Below the pieces are notes generated by a model. It searched no databases. It saw only the letters and a list, made by a program, of their open reading frames with translations, and was not told the origin of the DNA. Below, piece by piece: positions 46,809 through 55,256 of a stretch of DNA of 64,000 nt. The position numbers and the translations under genes are program-made. Within the stretch, counting starts at the first letter, position 1. The number at the start of each line of letters is the position of its first letter. Origin of the DNA: Justusliebigvirus VEcB; the sequence record OZ035773.1, one strand, 5' to 3'.

Positions 46809-47981
46809 ATGACAGCACCAAAATCATGGGAACAATATAAAGAAGAATTAACACCCCTTGCTAAAAATCGCAATATTCAAATCCTGGGTTATGTTGGTGA
46901 ATGGAAAGGGAACAAGACTAAACTTAAGCTATCTTGCCCTAAACATGGAGAGTGGAACACCACGAACATTAATGATTTTAAGAAGGGACGTGGTTGTCCT
47001 ATCTGTTCTGGTAAGAAGCCGTTAACATGGGAAACAGAATTGCCGATCTTGGAAGAGATAGCACAGAAGAGGGGGTATCAGGTGTTAGGGTACGTGGGAG
47101 AATGGAAAGGGAATAAAACAAAACTTGATTTGTTGTGTCATTGTGGTAATAAATGGGATACTACAAGTATTAACAATTTTAAACGTGGTAGCGGTTGTCC
47201 ACAATGTAAGAGGGAGAGACAAACAATGTCCGACGATCAACATATTGCAGATTTCTTTTCTACAGGGGAATTTAAGGAAGGCACTATCTTCACCAATACA
47301 GGGAAACGTAACAAGCGTGATGCAGTATGGATGGTTGAGTGTCCTGTTTGCTCCCATGATGAATATGTTCAAGCAGGTGTTTGTGATGGTAAATTTTACT
47401 CTGCAGGACATAACCTTAAACAAGGGTATATTCCGTGTCGTTGTGGGAACTATCAGTATACAGAAGACCAGATCACCTATAGGGTAAAAAAGGAAGTAGA
47501 AGGGAAAGGGTATGTCTGGGTAGATTGGATTACCAAACCATCTTCTATAGGTAAGTTTAAATATCTTTGTCTTGTGCATGGGGAGCAGATAGGGAGTGCT
47601 CGTAATTTATTAAGCCTCGGTCAAGGTTGTCCACAGTGTGCTGGTCATAGTCAGCAGCAATTGTATGTTAATGTTGTTAAAGATAATGGTATTATAGTTG
47701 CTCTTAAGTTTGGTATATCTAAAGATAGCGATAGACGATTAAACGGTCAAAATAGCCGTAATCTGTTTTTTATGGAGCGTATTTGTTTATATGATTTTAG
47801 CACAGTGAAACAATGTAGGGCTGCTGAAAGAGCTATAAAGAAAAAATTAAAAACTGGTATTTTAACGGCAAGAGAGTTGAAAGATGGTTATACAGAAACA
47901 GTAAGTGTTTCTGATTTGGAAAATCTTCAAAAAATTATTACACAATATGGTGGCAAATTAGTATACAGTAAGGAGGTGTAA
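46809..47981 (+). CDS. Zinc-ribbon repeat protein with C-terminal T5orf172/GIY-YIG-like region (tentative)
   Basis: Two about 55-aa repeats LGYVGEWKGNKTKL...GCPxC plus further CxxC pairs; C-terminal segment loosely resembles T5orf172-type domains. Confidence 0.3.
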   Translation: MTAPKSWEQYKEELTPLAKNRNIQILGYVGEWKGNKTKLKLSCPKHGEWNTTNINDFKKGRGCPICSGKKPLTWETELPILEEIAQKRGYQVLGYVGEWKGNKTKLDLLCHCGNKWDTTSINNFKRGSGCPQCKRERQTMSDDQHIADFFSTGEFKEGTIFTNTGKRNKRDAVWMVECPVCSHDEYVQAGVCDGKFYSAGHNLKQGYIPCRCGNYQYTEDQITYRVKKEVEGKGYVWVDWITKPSSIGKFKYLCLVHGEQIGSARNLLSLGQGCPQCAGHSQQQLYVNVVKDNGIIVALKFGISKDSDRRLNGQNSRNLFFMERICLYDFSTVKQCRAAERAIKKKLKTGILTARELKDGYTETVSVSDLENLQKIITQYGGKLVYSKEV

Positions 47982-48533
47982 ATGCGGATTACTGATAAGT
48001 ATGTGTTCTTCTTCTCGGCAAAAGATGAATTTAGCAACTGGTATCTATCATCTTTTATTGAACCTTTAGCTCCCAAGTATAATAATTCTATTACAAGTTC
48101 TGTTGAATTTACTTGTGTGGAACAATATATGATGTGGAGAAAAGCATGTTTGTTTTATGATTACAACATTGCATCTTCTATTTTAACCGGAGATCTAAGA
48201 TATACAGGAGAAAAAGAACAGGCATATTATAAGCGACTAGGTAGATTAGTTAAAGATTACGATGAAGCTACTTGGACTTCTTTACGGGAGAAGATTGTCA
48301 AGCGTGGTTTGTATCTTAAATACACACAAAATGAAGATCTCAAAAATAAACTTATAGCTTACGCAGATAAGGAGTTTGTAGAAGCAAGCCCTTATGATTC
48401 TATTTATGGTATCAAAATTGGGATGTGGGATCGGGACGTGGAAAATAAGGATTGTTGGAAAGGACAAAATCTTTTAGGAAAATGGCATACAGACCTTGCT
48501 GTTTATCTAAAAGCACAATCTGATATTTCCTGA
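47982..48533 (+). CDS. NADAR-domain (YbiA-like) protein
   Basis: FSNWY, EQYMMWRKA, EASPYDSIYGIKIG and GQNLLGKWH match the conserved NADAR/DUF1768 blocks. Confidence 0.7.
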   Translation: MRITDKYVFFFSAKDEFSNWYLSSFIEPLAPKYNNSITSSVEFTCVEQYMMWRKACLFYDYNIASSILTGDLRYTGEKEQAYYKRLGRLVKDYDEATWTSLREKIVKRGLYLKYTQNEDLKNKLIAYADKEFVEASPYDSIYGIKIGMWDRDVENKDCWKGQNLLGKWHTDLAVYLKAQSDIS

Positions 48534-48752
48534 TATTTTGAAAATTTTTATTTTTATAAAAAGGGGTGTGGGTTTCATGTACGGAAATTCACCCTCTGCA
48601 CAGTATACCCAGAGTAAGTATTATTCTATACTCTGTTAATAAAGTATTTAATTTGTTTGTTGGACTATGGTATCTGATCTTTAAAAGGCATACTATCTCT
48701 TAACTACTACTTATAACAGAACAGTAAAATCATTTTTATAAAAAGTACAAAA

Positions 48753-48949
48753 TTATTTAAAGTTTTTACAGATTTTTGGGTACAAATTTTGAAAATGAAA
48801 AGTTCAAGTTTGGTCAAAATTATTTAAAGTTTTTGTACGTATTTCTATCCAGATTTTGAAAATGAAAACTTCAATTTTTTAAAAATTCCCCAGTTTATTT
48901 AAAGTTTTTTTGCCTTTTTCCGTAGAAAAATCAAAAATGAAAAGTTCAA
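48753..48949. repeat. Three direct repeats of about 70 bp (iteron-like)
   Basis: Each unit carries TTATTTAAAGTTTTT and TTTTGAAAATGAAAAGTTCAA (48753/48786, 48820/48853, 48894/48931). Confidence 0.7.
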
Positions 48950-48972
48950 TTTCGTGTTTTTATAGGTGTGTT

Positions 48973-49086
48973 AATGAGAATCATTTTCGTTTGTAAATGA
49001 GAATCATTATCATTTAATTATGTAAGTGATAATCATTCTCAGTAAGAGAATGAGAATCATTAGCAAATGAGAATTTTTCTCATTTA
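48973..49086. repeat. Cluster of five AATGAGAATCATT-type 13-mers (Fur-box-like), partly arranged as inverted repeats
   Basis: Copies at 48973, 48996, 49026 (GTGATAATCATTCTC), 49049 and a palindromic AAATGAGAATTTTTCTCATTT at 49066. Confidence 0.7.
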
Positions 49087-49346
49087 GAGAATAACGCGCA
49101 GGGGTGGTGTTTGTCTCGCGCTCCCGTGTCCCCTCGCCATACAATAAGAATAGCATAACCAACAACAAAAGCAAGCGATTATTTTTATCTTTACATTTCT
49201 TTACAAATTTATTTTAGACGAGCCACCGGCGATCAACCTTCCAACCAGTGCCCCCTGGTATGTTAGCCCCGCCTTTACGCCGTGGGGGTGGCGTTTCCTC
49301 TTCTGTATGTAAAACAGTATAAGCCCGATCCCTGGGCTTGTCAAGA

Positions 49347-49613
49347 TTATTTTTTGTTTTCTTGCCAGGATAGGACACCTAACCAAAAATACATGTCGCC
49401 CCGCGCCCCTGGCGGGATCTTGCTTTCCCCGCCGCCACTGCAAGCCCATAGATAACCATTAGCGAACGGATCAAAATGATCTATTTCTTCCACCTTATGA
49501 TCGCCCAGGTTGAGAACGGTTTCAACCTTTAAGCCCGTTGCGCTTGCTACCTGGTGCACCGTGCCGCCTTGCCAGCCTAATGAGTGCATGAGGTGTAGAG
49601 TAGGATTTGTCAT
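49347..49613 (-). CDS. Hypothetical small protein on the minus strand
   Basis: ATG at 49613 with AAAGGG RBS; preceded by a promoter plus stem-loop cassette of the same architecture as the plus-strand array. Confidence 0.45.
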   Translation of the reverse strand: MTNPTLHLMHSLGWQGGTVHQVASATGLKVETVLNLGDHKVEEIDHFDPFANGYLWACSGGGESKIPPGARGDMYFWLGVLSWQENKK

Positions 49614-49635
49614 GGTATCGCCCTTTCTTTGATGT

Positions 49636-49690
49636 GCGCCCTGGTTGGCGCGGTAGAAAGATAATAGCCCTTTCCTTTATAGATAGCAAG
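49636..49690 (-). promoter_or_regulatory. Promoter plus leader stem-loop cassette (minus strand)
   Basis: TTGCTA -35 (49685-49690), 18-nt spacer, TATTAT -10 (49661-49666), GCGCC/GGCGC hairpin (49636-49651). Confidence 0.5.
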
Positions 49691-49724
49691 CAAAAAAGAA
49701 ATGAAAAAAAGATTAAAAAAGGGG

Positions 49725-49753
49725 TTGACGTTCCTCACCTGGTAGCGTATTAT
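49725..49753 (+). promoter_or_regulatory. sigma70-like promoter, divergent from the 49636-49690 cassette
   Basis: TTGACG (49725-49730), 17-nt spacer, TATTAT (49748-49753). Confidence 0.5.
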
Positions 49754-49880
49754 TCATCTTGTCGAGGGGGGCGAGGCACAACGACAATAAACAAAAGGAG
49801 GGCGCAATGTAGGACGGGCAAAGGTGAGGATCTCCACAATCCACCGTCACAATAACATTACTTATAAAAGGTTGATAACG

Positions 49881-49976
49881 ATGATCAAGAAAGAAAACAG
49901 CTTGACGGTTGGAACGATTAACGCTATCATTCTTGCCGTTCCATTTTGGGTTGTAGTTGCGGTTATTATTTTTTAA
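49881..49976 (+). CDS. Small hydrophobic peptide (31 aa), not in the ORF track
   Basis: ATG preceded by AAAAGG; MIKKENSLTVGTINAIILAVPFWVVVAVIIF, a single TM helix. Confidence 0.35.
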   Translation: MIKKENSLTVGTINAIILAVPFWVVVAVIIF

Positions 49977-49984
49977 AAATATTC

Positions 49985-50040
49985 TTGACAACGTTTTTTA
50001 ATCTGATAAGATGTATCACATAGGGCGGCAATAGTGCCGC
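49985..50040 (+). promoter_or_regulatory. Promoter plus leader stem-loop cassette
   Basis: TTGACA, 16-nt spacer, TAAGAT, then CATAGG-GCGGCA-atag-TGCCGC hairpin (50025-50040), SD and ATG at 50065. Confidence 0.65.
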
Positions 50041-50064
50041 TCATAACAGAAGAGAGAAATAATC

Positions 50065-50337
50065 ATGGCATCATATAGCGCATCAATGATCGTAATGGGC
50101 ATCACTGGTAAACCTATGCGCGGTGGCGGATCTTTCGCTAATATTAATATTGATGGGCGTTTATCCCTGGATGCAGCGATCACCGTGGCACGGGAAACAT
50201 TTAAAAAAGAATGCAATTTCAATAAACAAGATTATCTCGGTTTCGCTATTGAAAAAACCGCGCGCTTTGTTGATTATAAAAGCCCAAAAATGGTTGATAC
50301 TACACTAAAAGCGCAAGATGTAGCGTTTTTGCTTTAA
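50065..50337 (+). CDS. Small early protein (90 aa)
   Basis: ORF downstream of the cassette. Confidence 0.55.
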   Translation: MASYSASMIVMGITGKPMRGGGSFANINIDGRLSLDAAITVARETFKKECNFNKQDYLGFAIEKTARFVDYKSPKMVDTTLKAQDVAFLL

Positions 50338-50340
50338 GGC

Positions 50341-50400
50341 TTGACACTGAAAAATAATTTGGTAATATATACCACATAAGGCGGGAAATGGTTTCCCGCC
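50341..50400 (+). promoter_or_regulatory. Promoter plus leader stem-loop cassette
   Basis: TTGACA (50341-50346), TAATAT -10, then perfect hairpin GGCGGGAAA-tgg-TTTCCCGCC (50380-50400). Confidence 0.65.
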
Positions 50401-50425
50401 AGGCCATCAAAGAAAGGGTAATGCA

Positions 50426-50788
50426 ATGAGCAAGCAAATCAATAATATCATGTTAAACCTGGTATCTTTCCGCGACGACGTGAAAAATCTTCCACGTGAT
50501 GCAGTGGATGCACGTATCGAAAGCTATCGCTCACAGATCGCAACGCTACCGCTAAAACGTGATCAACATGCCGCTAATATGATGCTTAATGCTATGCTTA
50601 AAAAGATGATTCAATGTGATCTTACTCTGGCTTATGAATATGCTGGCGATCTCTTTGTAACGTATAGTAAGCCCGTTCCAGGTATGAGCACCACGGAAGA
50701 ATTGCATGCCTTAAATCTGCGACAAGATGCATGGGATAACATGCGCCGTGTTATGGTATGGGTAGAAAGCGGTAAAATTTACGAATAA
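50426..50788 (+). CDS. Small early protein (120 aa)
   Basis: ORF with AAAGGG RBS downstream of the cassette. Confidence 0.55.
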   Translation: MSKQINNIMLNLVSFRDDVKNLPRDAVDARIESYRSQIATLPLKRDQHAANMMLNAMLKKMIQCDLTLAYEYAGDLFVTYSKPVPGMSTTEELHALNLRQDAWDNMRRVMVWVESGKIYE

Positions 50789-50794
50789 AAACGG

Positions 50795-50847
50795 TTGACA
50801 TTGCACTAAAACCTGATAAGCTATCTTAAAGCGGGAATAGTTCCCGC
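50795..50847 (+). promoter_or_regulatory. Promoter plus leader stem-loop cassette
   Basis: TTGACA (50795-50800), 16-nt spacer, TAAGCT, hairpin GCGGGAA-tag-TTCCCGC (50831-50847). Confidence 0.6.
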
Positions 50848-50866
50848 TTACATAGGATAAAACTTT

Positions 50867-51013
50867 ATGAAACAATATGTAATGAGTATTCACACCAAAA
50901 ACGGCGCTACTGTTACGACTCCGGCACGGTTTGCACTTGTAAACCGTTGCAAGAGACTAAAACGAGAGTTAAAAAATAACCGTGCAACGGGCTTTAAACG
51001 CTGGGGAGGATAA
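50867..51013 (+). CDS. Small basic protein (48 aa), not in the ORF track
   Basis: ATG at 50867 downstream of the cassette; stop overlaps the RBS of the next gene. Confidence 0.45.
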   Translation: MKQYVMSIHTKNGATVTTPARFALVNRCKRLKRELKNNRATGFKRWGG

Positions 51014-51015
51014 TC

Positions 51016-51288
51016 TTGTTTTTTCTAAAAGTTTTTGATAATGTGATCGCTTTTGAACATGCTACGACGTTCAACCTGGCGAGATACGCTATCAGGTTTA
51101 AAGATAATGTTTATCCCCGTGCTGGCGGCGGTTACACTATTTTTAATCATCGTAATGCGCAAATAACAGATATAACGAATCCAGATCCTGGGGTGTATCG
51201 CATAGGCTGGCTACCGTCAAAAGACGCGGCAAGCATGTTTAAGGTGTGTAAACTACTAACAGAAGAGGCGAACGAACATGGGGCGTGA
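51016..51288 (+). CDS. Small early protein (90 aa), TTG start
   Basis: TTG start 7 nt after GGAGG. Confidence 0.45.
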   Translation: MFFLKVFDNVIAFEHATTFNLARYAIRFKDNVYPRAGGGYTIFNHRNAQITDITNPDPGVYRIGWLPSKDAASMFKVCKLLTEEANEHGA

Positions 51289-51823
51289 ATATGTGATCCA
51301 GTCCTGGGTAAAGCATGACGCTAATGATCCGCGCATAATACCAGATGACATGATCGATCACATGGTAGGGTATAGCGGGGAGCAGATAGGGAATCGAGCG
51401 GCAAAGAGCAACGGCAACACAAAGGCGCGATCCGTTCGCCCTGGTTGGCTGGTAAATGGTAACGCTGACATTGCAAGCGCCGCAGATCCAAGCGATGACG
51501 CTAAAAATAATCCCTTGTATAGCATTGATCCGGCTTTTAAGGTGTTGGAAGAGTATCCCGCTAAATTAGCCGCACTAGATAAAGCATACGAAGAAAAACG
51601 GGTGGCATGGACTGTATACAACACCGCTAAAATGGTGCTAGATGCAAAATTGATTAAAGCCCAGGAGAAGATCAATAAACTTGTGACCATAGCGCAAGAG
51701 GAAGACCAGGAGGAAGAGGAAGAAATCATTCCTATCCTGGAAGAGGAAGAGATCCAGCCATACATGCCGACGGAAGAGGAAAAAAGACAAGCCTTAAAAA
51801 ATTATAAAAATTGTATTGTGTAA
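51278..51823 (+). CDS. Early protein with acidic C-terminal tail (181 aa)
   Basis: ORF; C-terminus EEDQEEEEEIIPILEEEE. Confidence 0.5.
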   Translation: MGREYVIQSWVKHDANDPRIIPDDMIDHMVGYSGEQIGNRAAKSNGNTKARSVRPGWLVNGNADIASAADPSDDAKNNPLYSIDPAFKVLEEYPAKLAALDKAYEEKRVAWTVYNTAKMVLDAKLIKAQEKINKLVTIAQEEDQEEEEEIIPILEEEEIQPYMPTEEEKRQALKNYKNCIV

Positions 51824-51825
51824 GG

Positions 51826-51854
51826 CTTGACATATGCAAACAAGCCCCGTAATA
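51826..51854 (+). promoter_or_regulatory. sigma70-like promoter (first of a tandem pair) with degenerate leader hairpin
   Basis: TTGACA (51826-51831), 17-nt spacer, TAATAT (51849-51854); imperfect GC-rich inverted repeat follows. Confidence 0.5.
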
Positions 51855-51902
51855 TATACCACATAGAGCGGGGCAACGCCTCAAAGGTGAAATAAAAAAT
51901 CA

Positions 51903-51930
51903 CTTGACACCTGAAATCAGTAAGCTATAA
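51903..51930 (+). promoter_or_regulatory. sigma70 consensus promoter (second of a tandem pair)
   Basis: TTGACA (51903-51908), 16-nt spacer, TATAAT (51925-51930). Confidence 0.6.
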
Positions 51931-51968
51931 TGCTTATATAAATTAAAGCGTTACTAAGGAATAAAATC

Positions 51969-52334
51969 ATGGCTAAAAATATCAATGTCTCTGCTTATGC
52001 TACCCTGGCTAACACTGCTAAAATTGAACTATCCAGCATTGAAGCGGTACATATTAGCGCCCGTCGCTGGTTTCAAAAGTCTTATGGTAATACTTATTTC
52101 TCTTTGATGGTTGACGTTGAGATCGGCGGTAAACTGATTGAGGTCGTTAACGTTCCGTTTCAATATGGTTATGGTGATCATTTTGATACCGTTGCCCTAG
52201 AAGAGTTTAGCAAGGTTATCAACCTGGAAGGTAAAGACTTTTCAAATTATGCTTACCTTTCCCGTTTTTGCCGTGATAATGGGATCGCTGTATACAGTCA
52301 TGCAAGCGATGTTAAACGTAAAAAAGATTTATAA
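51969..52334 (+). CDS. Small early protein (121 aa)
   Basis: ORF with AAGGA RBS. Confidence 0.55.
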   Translation: MAKNINVSAYATLANTAKIELSSIEAVHISARRWFQKSYGNTYFSLMVDVEIGGKLIEVVNVPFQYGYGDHFDTVALEEFSKVINLEGKDFSNYAYLSRFCRDNGIAVYSHASDVKRKKDL

Positions 52335-52340
52335 AAAGTA

Positions 52341-52404
52341 TTGACAGCACGAATAAAAAGCGTAAAATGTTTTATATCAGGACGGGGGAACGGTTTCCCC
52401 TCCT
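52341..52404 (+). promoter_or_regulatory. Promoter plus leader stem-loop cassette
   Basis: TTGACA (52341-52346), 16-nt spacer, TAAAAT, then GGGGGAA-cgg-TTTCCCC hairpin (52381-52404). Confidence 0.55.
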
Positions 52405-52423
52405 AACAAAGAGAGAAATAAAA

Positions 52424-52606
52424 ATGGCTAAATGCACTATCTGTAAGAAAGAAATAGTATTAGTTCCAAGTGCCCGTGAACGTGCCGCTAAGTTTGGTGG
52501 CAAACCGTCAGACTATACGAAAATGTTTACTACCCATGCAGCTTGTCAAGTAGCAAAACGTTCAGAAGAAAGCGTAAAATTAATGCGTAAACTTTCCAAA
52601 AAATAA
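52424..52606 (+). CDS. Small basic protein (60 aa)
   Basis: ATG at 52424 (MAKCTICKK...) after GAGAGA; the track ORF's upstream extension would overlap the promoter. Confidence 0.5.
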   Translation: MAKCTICKKEIVLVPSARERAAKFGGKPSDYTKMFTTHAACQVAKRSEESVKLMRKLSKK

Positions 52607-52608
52607 TA

Positions 52609-52667
52609 TTGACAAAGTATTTTATTACTATATAATGGTTTACATCGAGAGCGGGAATAGTTCCCGC
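52609..52667 (+). promoter_or_regulatory. Promoter plus leader stem-loop cassette
   Basis: TTGACA (52609-52614), 16-nt spacer, TATAAT (52631-52636), hairpin GCGGGAA-tag-TTCCCGC (52651-52667). Confidence 0.65.
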
Positions 52668-52691
52668 CTCACTGAAAAAGAGATTAACATC

Positions 52692-52931
52692 ATGGCTAAA
52701 TCTAAAATGTACAACGGTCACAAAAACAAAACTCATTGGAATGTAAGCCTTTGGATCAACAACGATGAAGGTTTTTATAATCTTGCGCGTGAATTTATCG
52801 CAGCTAACACCAATAAGAATGACGCAGCGCGGGATATGATGTTATTTCTTGAAAGTATGGATCAAGATAAAACGCCAGACGGTTACAAGTTCAGTAAAAC
52901 TGCAATCCGTGCCGCTATGGTTGGAATGTAA
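52692..52931 (+). CDS. Small early protein (79 aa)
   Basis: ATG at 52692 (MAKSKMYNG...). Confidence 0.5.
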   Translation: MAKSKMYNGHKNKTHWNVSLWINNDEGFYNLAREFIAANTNKNDAARDMMLFLESMDQDKTPDGYKFSKTAIRAAMVGM

Positions 52932-53027
52932 AGGAGACATAAAAATGAAACATCGTTCGACCTATCTGACAAAACGTTTTAGCTTAGATCATAAATTAGG
53001 CTATTACGGAAGAAATAGAAAATAATT

Positions 53028-53087
53028 TGACAACGTTTAAAATTAGTGTAAGATGTATCACGTAGGGCGGGAAATGGTTTCCCGCCA
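53028..53087 (+). promoter_or_regulatory. Promoter plus leader stem-loop cassette
   Basis: TTGACA (53028-53033), 16-nt spacer, TAAGAT, hairpin GGCGGGAAA-tgg-TTTCCCGCC (53067-53087). Confidence 0.65.
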
Positions 53088-53108
53088 AATCAAAGAAAGG
53101 TTATCATT

Positions 53109-53336
53109 ATGGCTATCGTTATTGTTCGCGTATCCGGTACGGTTGGGATCTCCCAGGTAGTAGCAGTTATCACCGAGAAGAAAGGGGATGATCTTCACTC
53201 CTCCTTGAATAGCTGGGCGGTCGCTAACTTTGGGCAATGGTCGAGCGTTGAGTACATCGAAGCCTACCAGGTGCCAACGATTAGCCTAACCGATCTAAAT
53301 GTTGATCGCTTGTTGTGCCTGGATGGATTAAACTAA
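53109..53336 (+). CDS. Small early protein (75 aa)
   Basis: ORF with AAAGG RBS. Confidence 0.5.
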   Translation: MAIVIVRVSGTVGISQVVAVITEKKGDDLHSSLNSWAVANFGQWSSVEYIEAYQVPTISLTDLNVDRLLCLDGLN

Positions 53337-53344
53337 AAATAATC

Positions 53345-53401
53345 TTGACAAGATAACTAAAATCAGTAAAATGTAATGCATAGGGCGGCAATAGTGCCGC
53401 C
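53345..53401 (+). promoter_or_regulatory. Promoter plus leader stem-loop cassette
   Basis: TTGACA (53345-53350), 16-nt spacer, TAAAAT, hairpin GGCGGCA-atag-TGCCGCC (53384-53401). Confidence 0.65.
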
Positions 53402-53423
53402 CCTAGTGAGAGAGATTATCAAA

Positions 53424-53639
53424 ATGGCTAATATCCGCACCTTGTTAAAAAATGCAAAGCAAGTTTTATTTTCAGATGACGAATATTTTAATAAAGATAT
53501 TACAGGCGTGAAAAATCTTAAAGATGTGAAAGATGTGATAGGTATTCGCGGATCTTTACGTAAAGGTGACACATACGGTAACAAGGTGCAATATAAATTA
53601 GATCAGTTTTATGATTTTACTTTGACAATTATTTCATAA
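53424..53639 (+). CDS. Small early protein (71 aa)
   Basis: ATG at 53424 (MANIRTLLK...). Confidence 0.5.
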   Translation: MANIRTLLKNAKQVLFSDDEYFNKDITGVKNLKDVKDVIGIRGSLRKGDTYGNKVQYKLDQFYDFTLTIIS

Positions 53640-53645
53640 AACTAC

Positions 53646-53706
53646 TTGCAAACCTGGTAAAATAAAGTAAACTATATTCATTAAGGCGGTGGAATAGCCC
53701 ACCGCC
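53646..53706 (+). promoter_or_regulatory. Promoter plus leader stem-loop cassette
   Basis: TTGCAA -35, TAAACT -10 candidate, hairpin GGCGGTGG-aatagc-CCACCGCC (53685-53706). Confidence 0.5.
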
Positions 53707-53729
53707 TAACAAAGAGAAGAGGAAACATC

Positions 53730-53900
53730 ATGATCACTTTCGCTACCCGTGAAGCCGCTCGCAACGTTGCACGTAAAGTTAACGCCGCCAACCTGGGCGC
53801 TACGCTTAAAGCCCCGGTGAAAGATGAATCAGGAAAATGGATCTTTCCTGGTCTGCGTCACGCTGATAAGCTGGGAACATTAACGTTAAAAAATAAATAA
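53730..53900 (+). CDS. Small basic protein (56 aa), not in the ORF track
   Basis: ATG at 53730 after GAGAAGAGGAAA; MITFATREAARNVARKV... Confidence 0.45.
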   Translation: MITFATREAARNVARKVNAANLGATLKAPVKDESGKWIFPGLRHADKLGTLTLKNK

Positions 53901-53907
53901 TATTCGC

Positions 53908-53966
53908 TTGACAGTAGCATCATTTATAAGTAAAGTAACAACAACGGCGGGAAATGGTTTCCCGCC
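53908..53966 (+). promoter_or_regulatory. Promoter plus leader stem-loop cassette
   Basis: TTGACA (53908-53913), 17-nt spacer, TAAAGT, hairpin GGCGGGAAA-tgg-TTTCCCGCC (53946-53966). Confidence 0.65.
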
Positions 53967-53986
53967 ATCAATAAAGAGATAAGATT

Positions 53987-54346
53987 ATGAAATCAGTAAA
54001 AGCAATTAAAACTTACATTGTGTCGGCTATTTCTTTTGATGGTACTACAACCGAAAAAGAAAAAATCACCGAACTGATGCGCCGTTTTAACTCTGAATAC
54101 TGGTATCAATCTAATCGTGATCGTTATAATAACAATATGGTACAAGCTGTTAAAAGCTGGTTACAAGGTTTACCGTCAGACATCAATATCGCTTTTAATT
54201 ATAACGAGATCGATCAATTATTAATTGAATGGAAGTACATAAAAGAAACAAGCAAAGAAACAACCGTTACCCGTGAGCGGGAAAATTATTGGTTATATAT
54301 TGCAAGCATGATCGTAACTTTGGCAAAATATCATAACGTAGCGTAA
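53987..54346 (+). CDS. Small early protein (119 aa)
   Basis: ORF downstream of the cassette. Confidence 0.55.
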   Translation: MKSVKAIKTYIVSAISFDGTTTEKEKITELMRRFNSEYWYQSNRDRYNNNMVQAVKSWLQGLPSDINIAFNYNEIDQLLIEWKYIKETSKETTVTRERENYWLYIASMIVTLAKYHNVA

Positions 54347-54360
54347 TCGAGAGGAAAAAC

Positions 54361-54498
54361 ATGAACGCATCACAGCAGATCGAAAAATTCAACCGCAACA
54401 AAGCGCGTAAAGATTGGAACGAAGAGATCACCAAAAAAGGCGACAAGCGGAACAAAACAAAAAGAGATCGCAGCACAAAAAGATACTGGAACGAATAA
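54361..54498 (+). CDS. Small highly basic protein (45 aa), not in the ORF track
   Basis: ATG after GAGAGGAAAAAC; Lys/Arg-rich; followed by a terminator. Confidence 0.4.
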   Translation: MNASQQIEKFNRNKARKDWNEEITKKGDKRNKTKRDRSTKRYWNE

Positions 54499-54503
54499 CA
54501 AAA

Positions 54504-54528
54504 AAGGGCGCAATAAGCGCCCTTTTAG
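54504..54528 (+). terminator. Rho-independent terminator
   Basis: GGGCGC-aataa-GCGCCC hairpin followed by TTTT. Confidence 0.6.
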
Positions 54529-54616
54529 CTTATATAGAGGCTTGTTACCCATAGGCAATGGTAACGCCAGGATAAGCCTATAAACCACGTTAGACAGCTT
54601 TACAGGAGCTTTAAAA

Positions 54617-54799
54617 ATGAAATTAGAAGAAATAAGCAAGGCACTAGCCCAGGGGCAAAGGTTAAACGCCCGTTATCGTGATCAATATGGCTTCATAACC
54701 AGCGGCGTGATCCTGGGGATTGAAGGCAATAAGATTTTTATTGACACGTTGAAAAACGTTGTATATAGTGACAATATAATCTCAATAAAACATATATGA
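54617..54799 (+). CDS. Small early protein (60 aa)
   Basis: ORF with AGGAGC RBS. Confidence 0.45.
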   Translation: MKLEEISKALAQGQRLNARYRDQYGFITSGVILGIEGNKIFIDTLKNVVYSDNIISIKHI

Positions 54800-55209
54800 G
54801 GCAAGAAATGAAAAAATTATTGATCGCTGGTTTAATCTCTTTTGGCATGGTTGGAACATCTAGCGCGGCGATATCCTCCACAGTAGCAGAATTAAGCGCC
54901 GTTGATGCAATGGAAAACGTCATGATCATTAATAATGCGATCCCCGATGAAATCATGGAGGATTCACACATGATCGCTTATGGTGCTGTTACACAACTAA
55001 CGGCAAAAATAGATAAATCTATTGTTAATGGCTTAAATGAAGATGTACCATGTGAAATTATTACCAGTGTGCTGACTACTCAAAATTTTACGCCGTGGCT
55101 AAAAAGTATTCAAAAGGTGCATAGTGCAGCCGCAGATCGTAGCAATGAAAAACTAGTGTCAGCACTTGCAACGTATACCCTGGCAAAATGCACTGAAATA
55201 AAAGATTGA
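54796..55209 (+). CDS. Secreted small protein (137 aa)
   Basis: N-terminal signal peptide MKKLLIAGLISFGMVGTSSAA. Confidence 0.5.
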   Translation: MRQEMKKLLIAGLISFGMVGTSSAAISSTVAELSAVDAMENVMIINNAIPDEIMEDSHMIAYGAVTQLTAKIDKSIVNGLNEDVPCEIITSVLTTQNFTPWLKSIQKVHSAAADRSNEKLVSALATYTLAKCTEIKD

Positions 55210-55234
55210 CAACATAGAAAGCACGTTATAAGAT
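55206..55234 (+). promoter_or_regulatory. sigma70-like promoter (no leader hairpin)
   Basis: TTGACA (55206-55211), 17-nt spacer, TAAGAT; AAGGAG RBS downstream. Confidence 0.55.
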
Positions 55235-55256
55235 ACACACAACAAAGGAGAACTAC

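Noticed and set aside
49201-49991. ORFs 49201-49449 (minus), 49607-49855 (plus) and 49713-49991 (minus) in the GC-rich/promoter region
   Set aside because: They overlap the divergent promoters and leader hairpins, have Arg/Gly/Pro-rich translations driven by GC content, and lack RBSs; only 49347-49613 and the small peptide at 49881-49976 have start-site support.
54267-54971. Minus-strand ORFs 54267-54476, 54370-54639 and 54738-54971
   Set aside because: Antisense to plus-strand genes with promoter, RBS and terminator support; the region is otherwise uniformly plus-strand.
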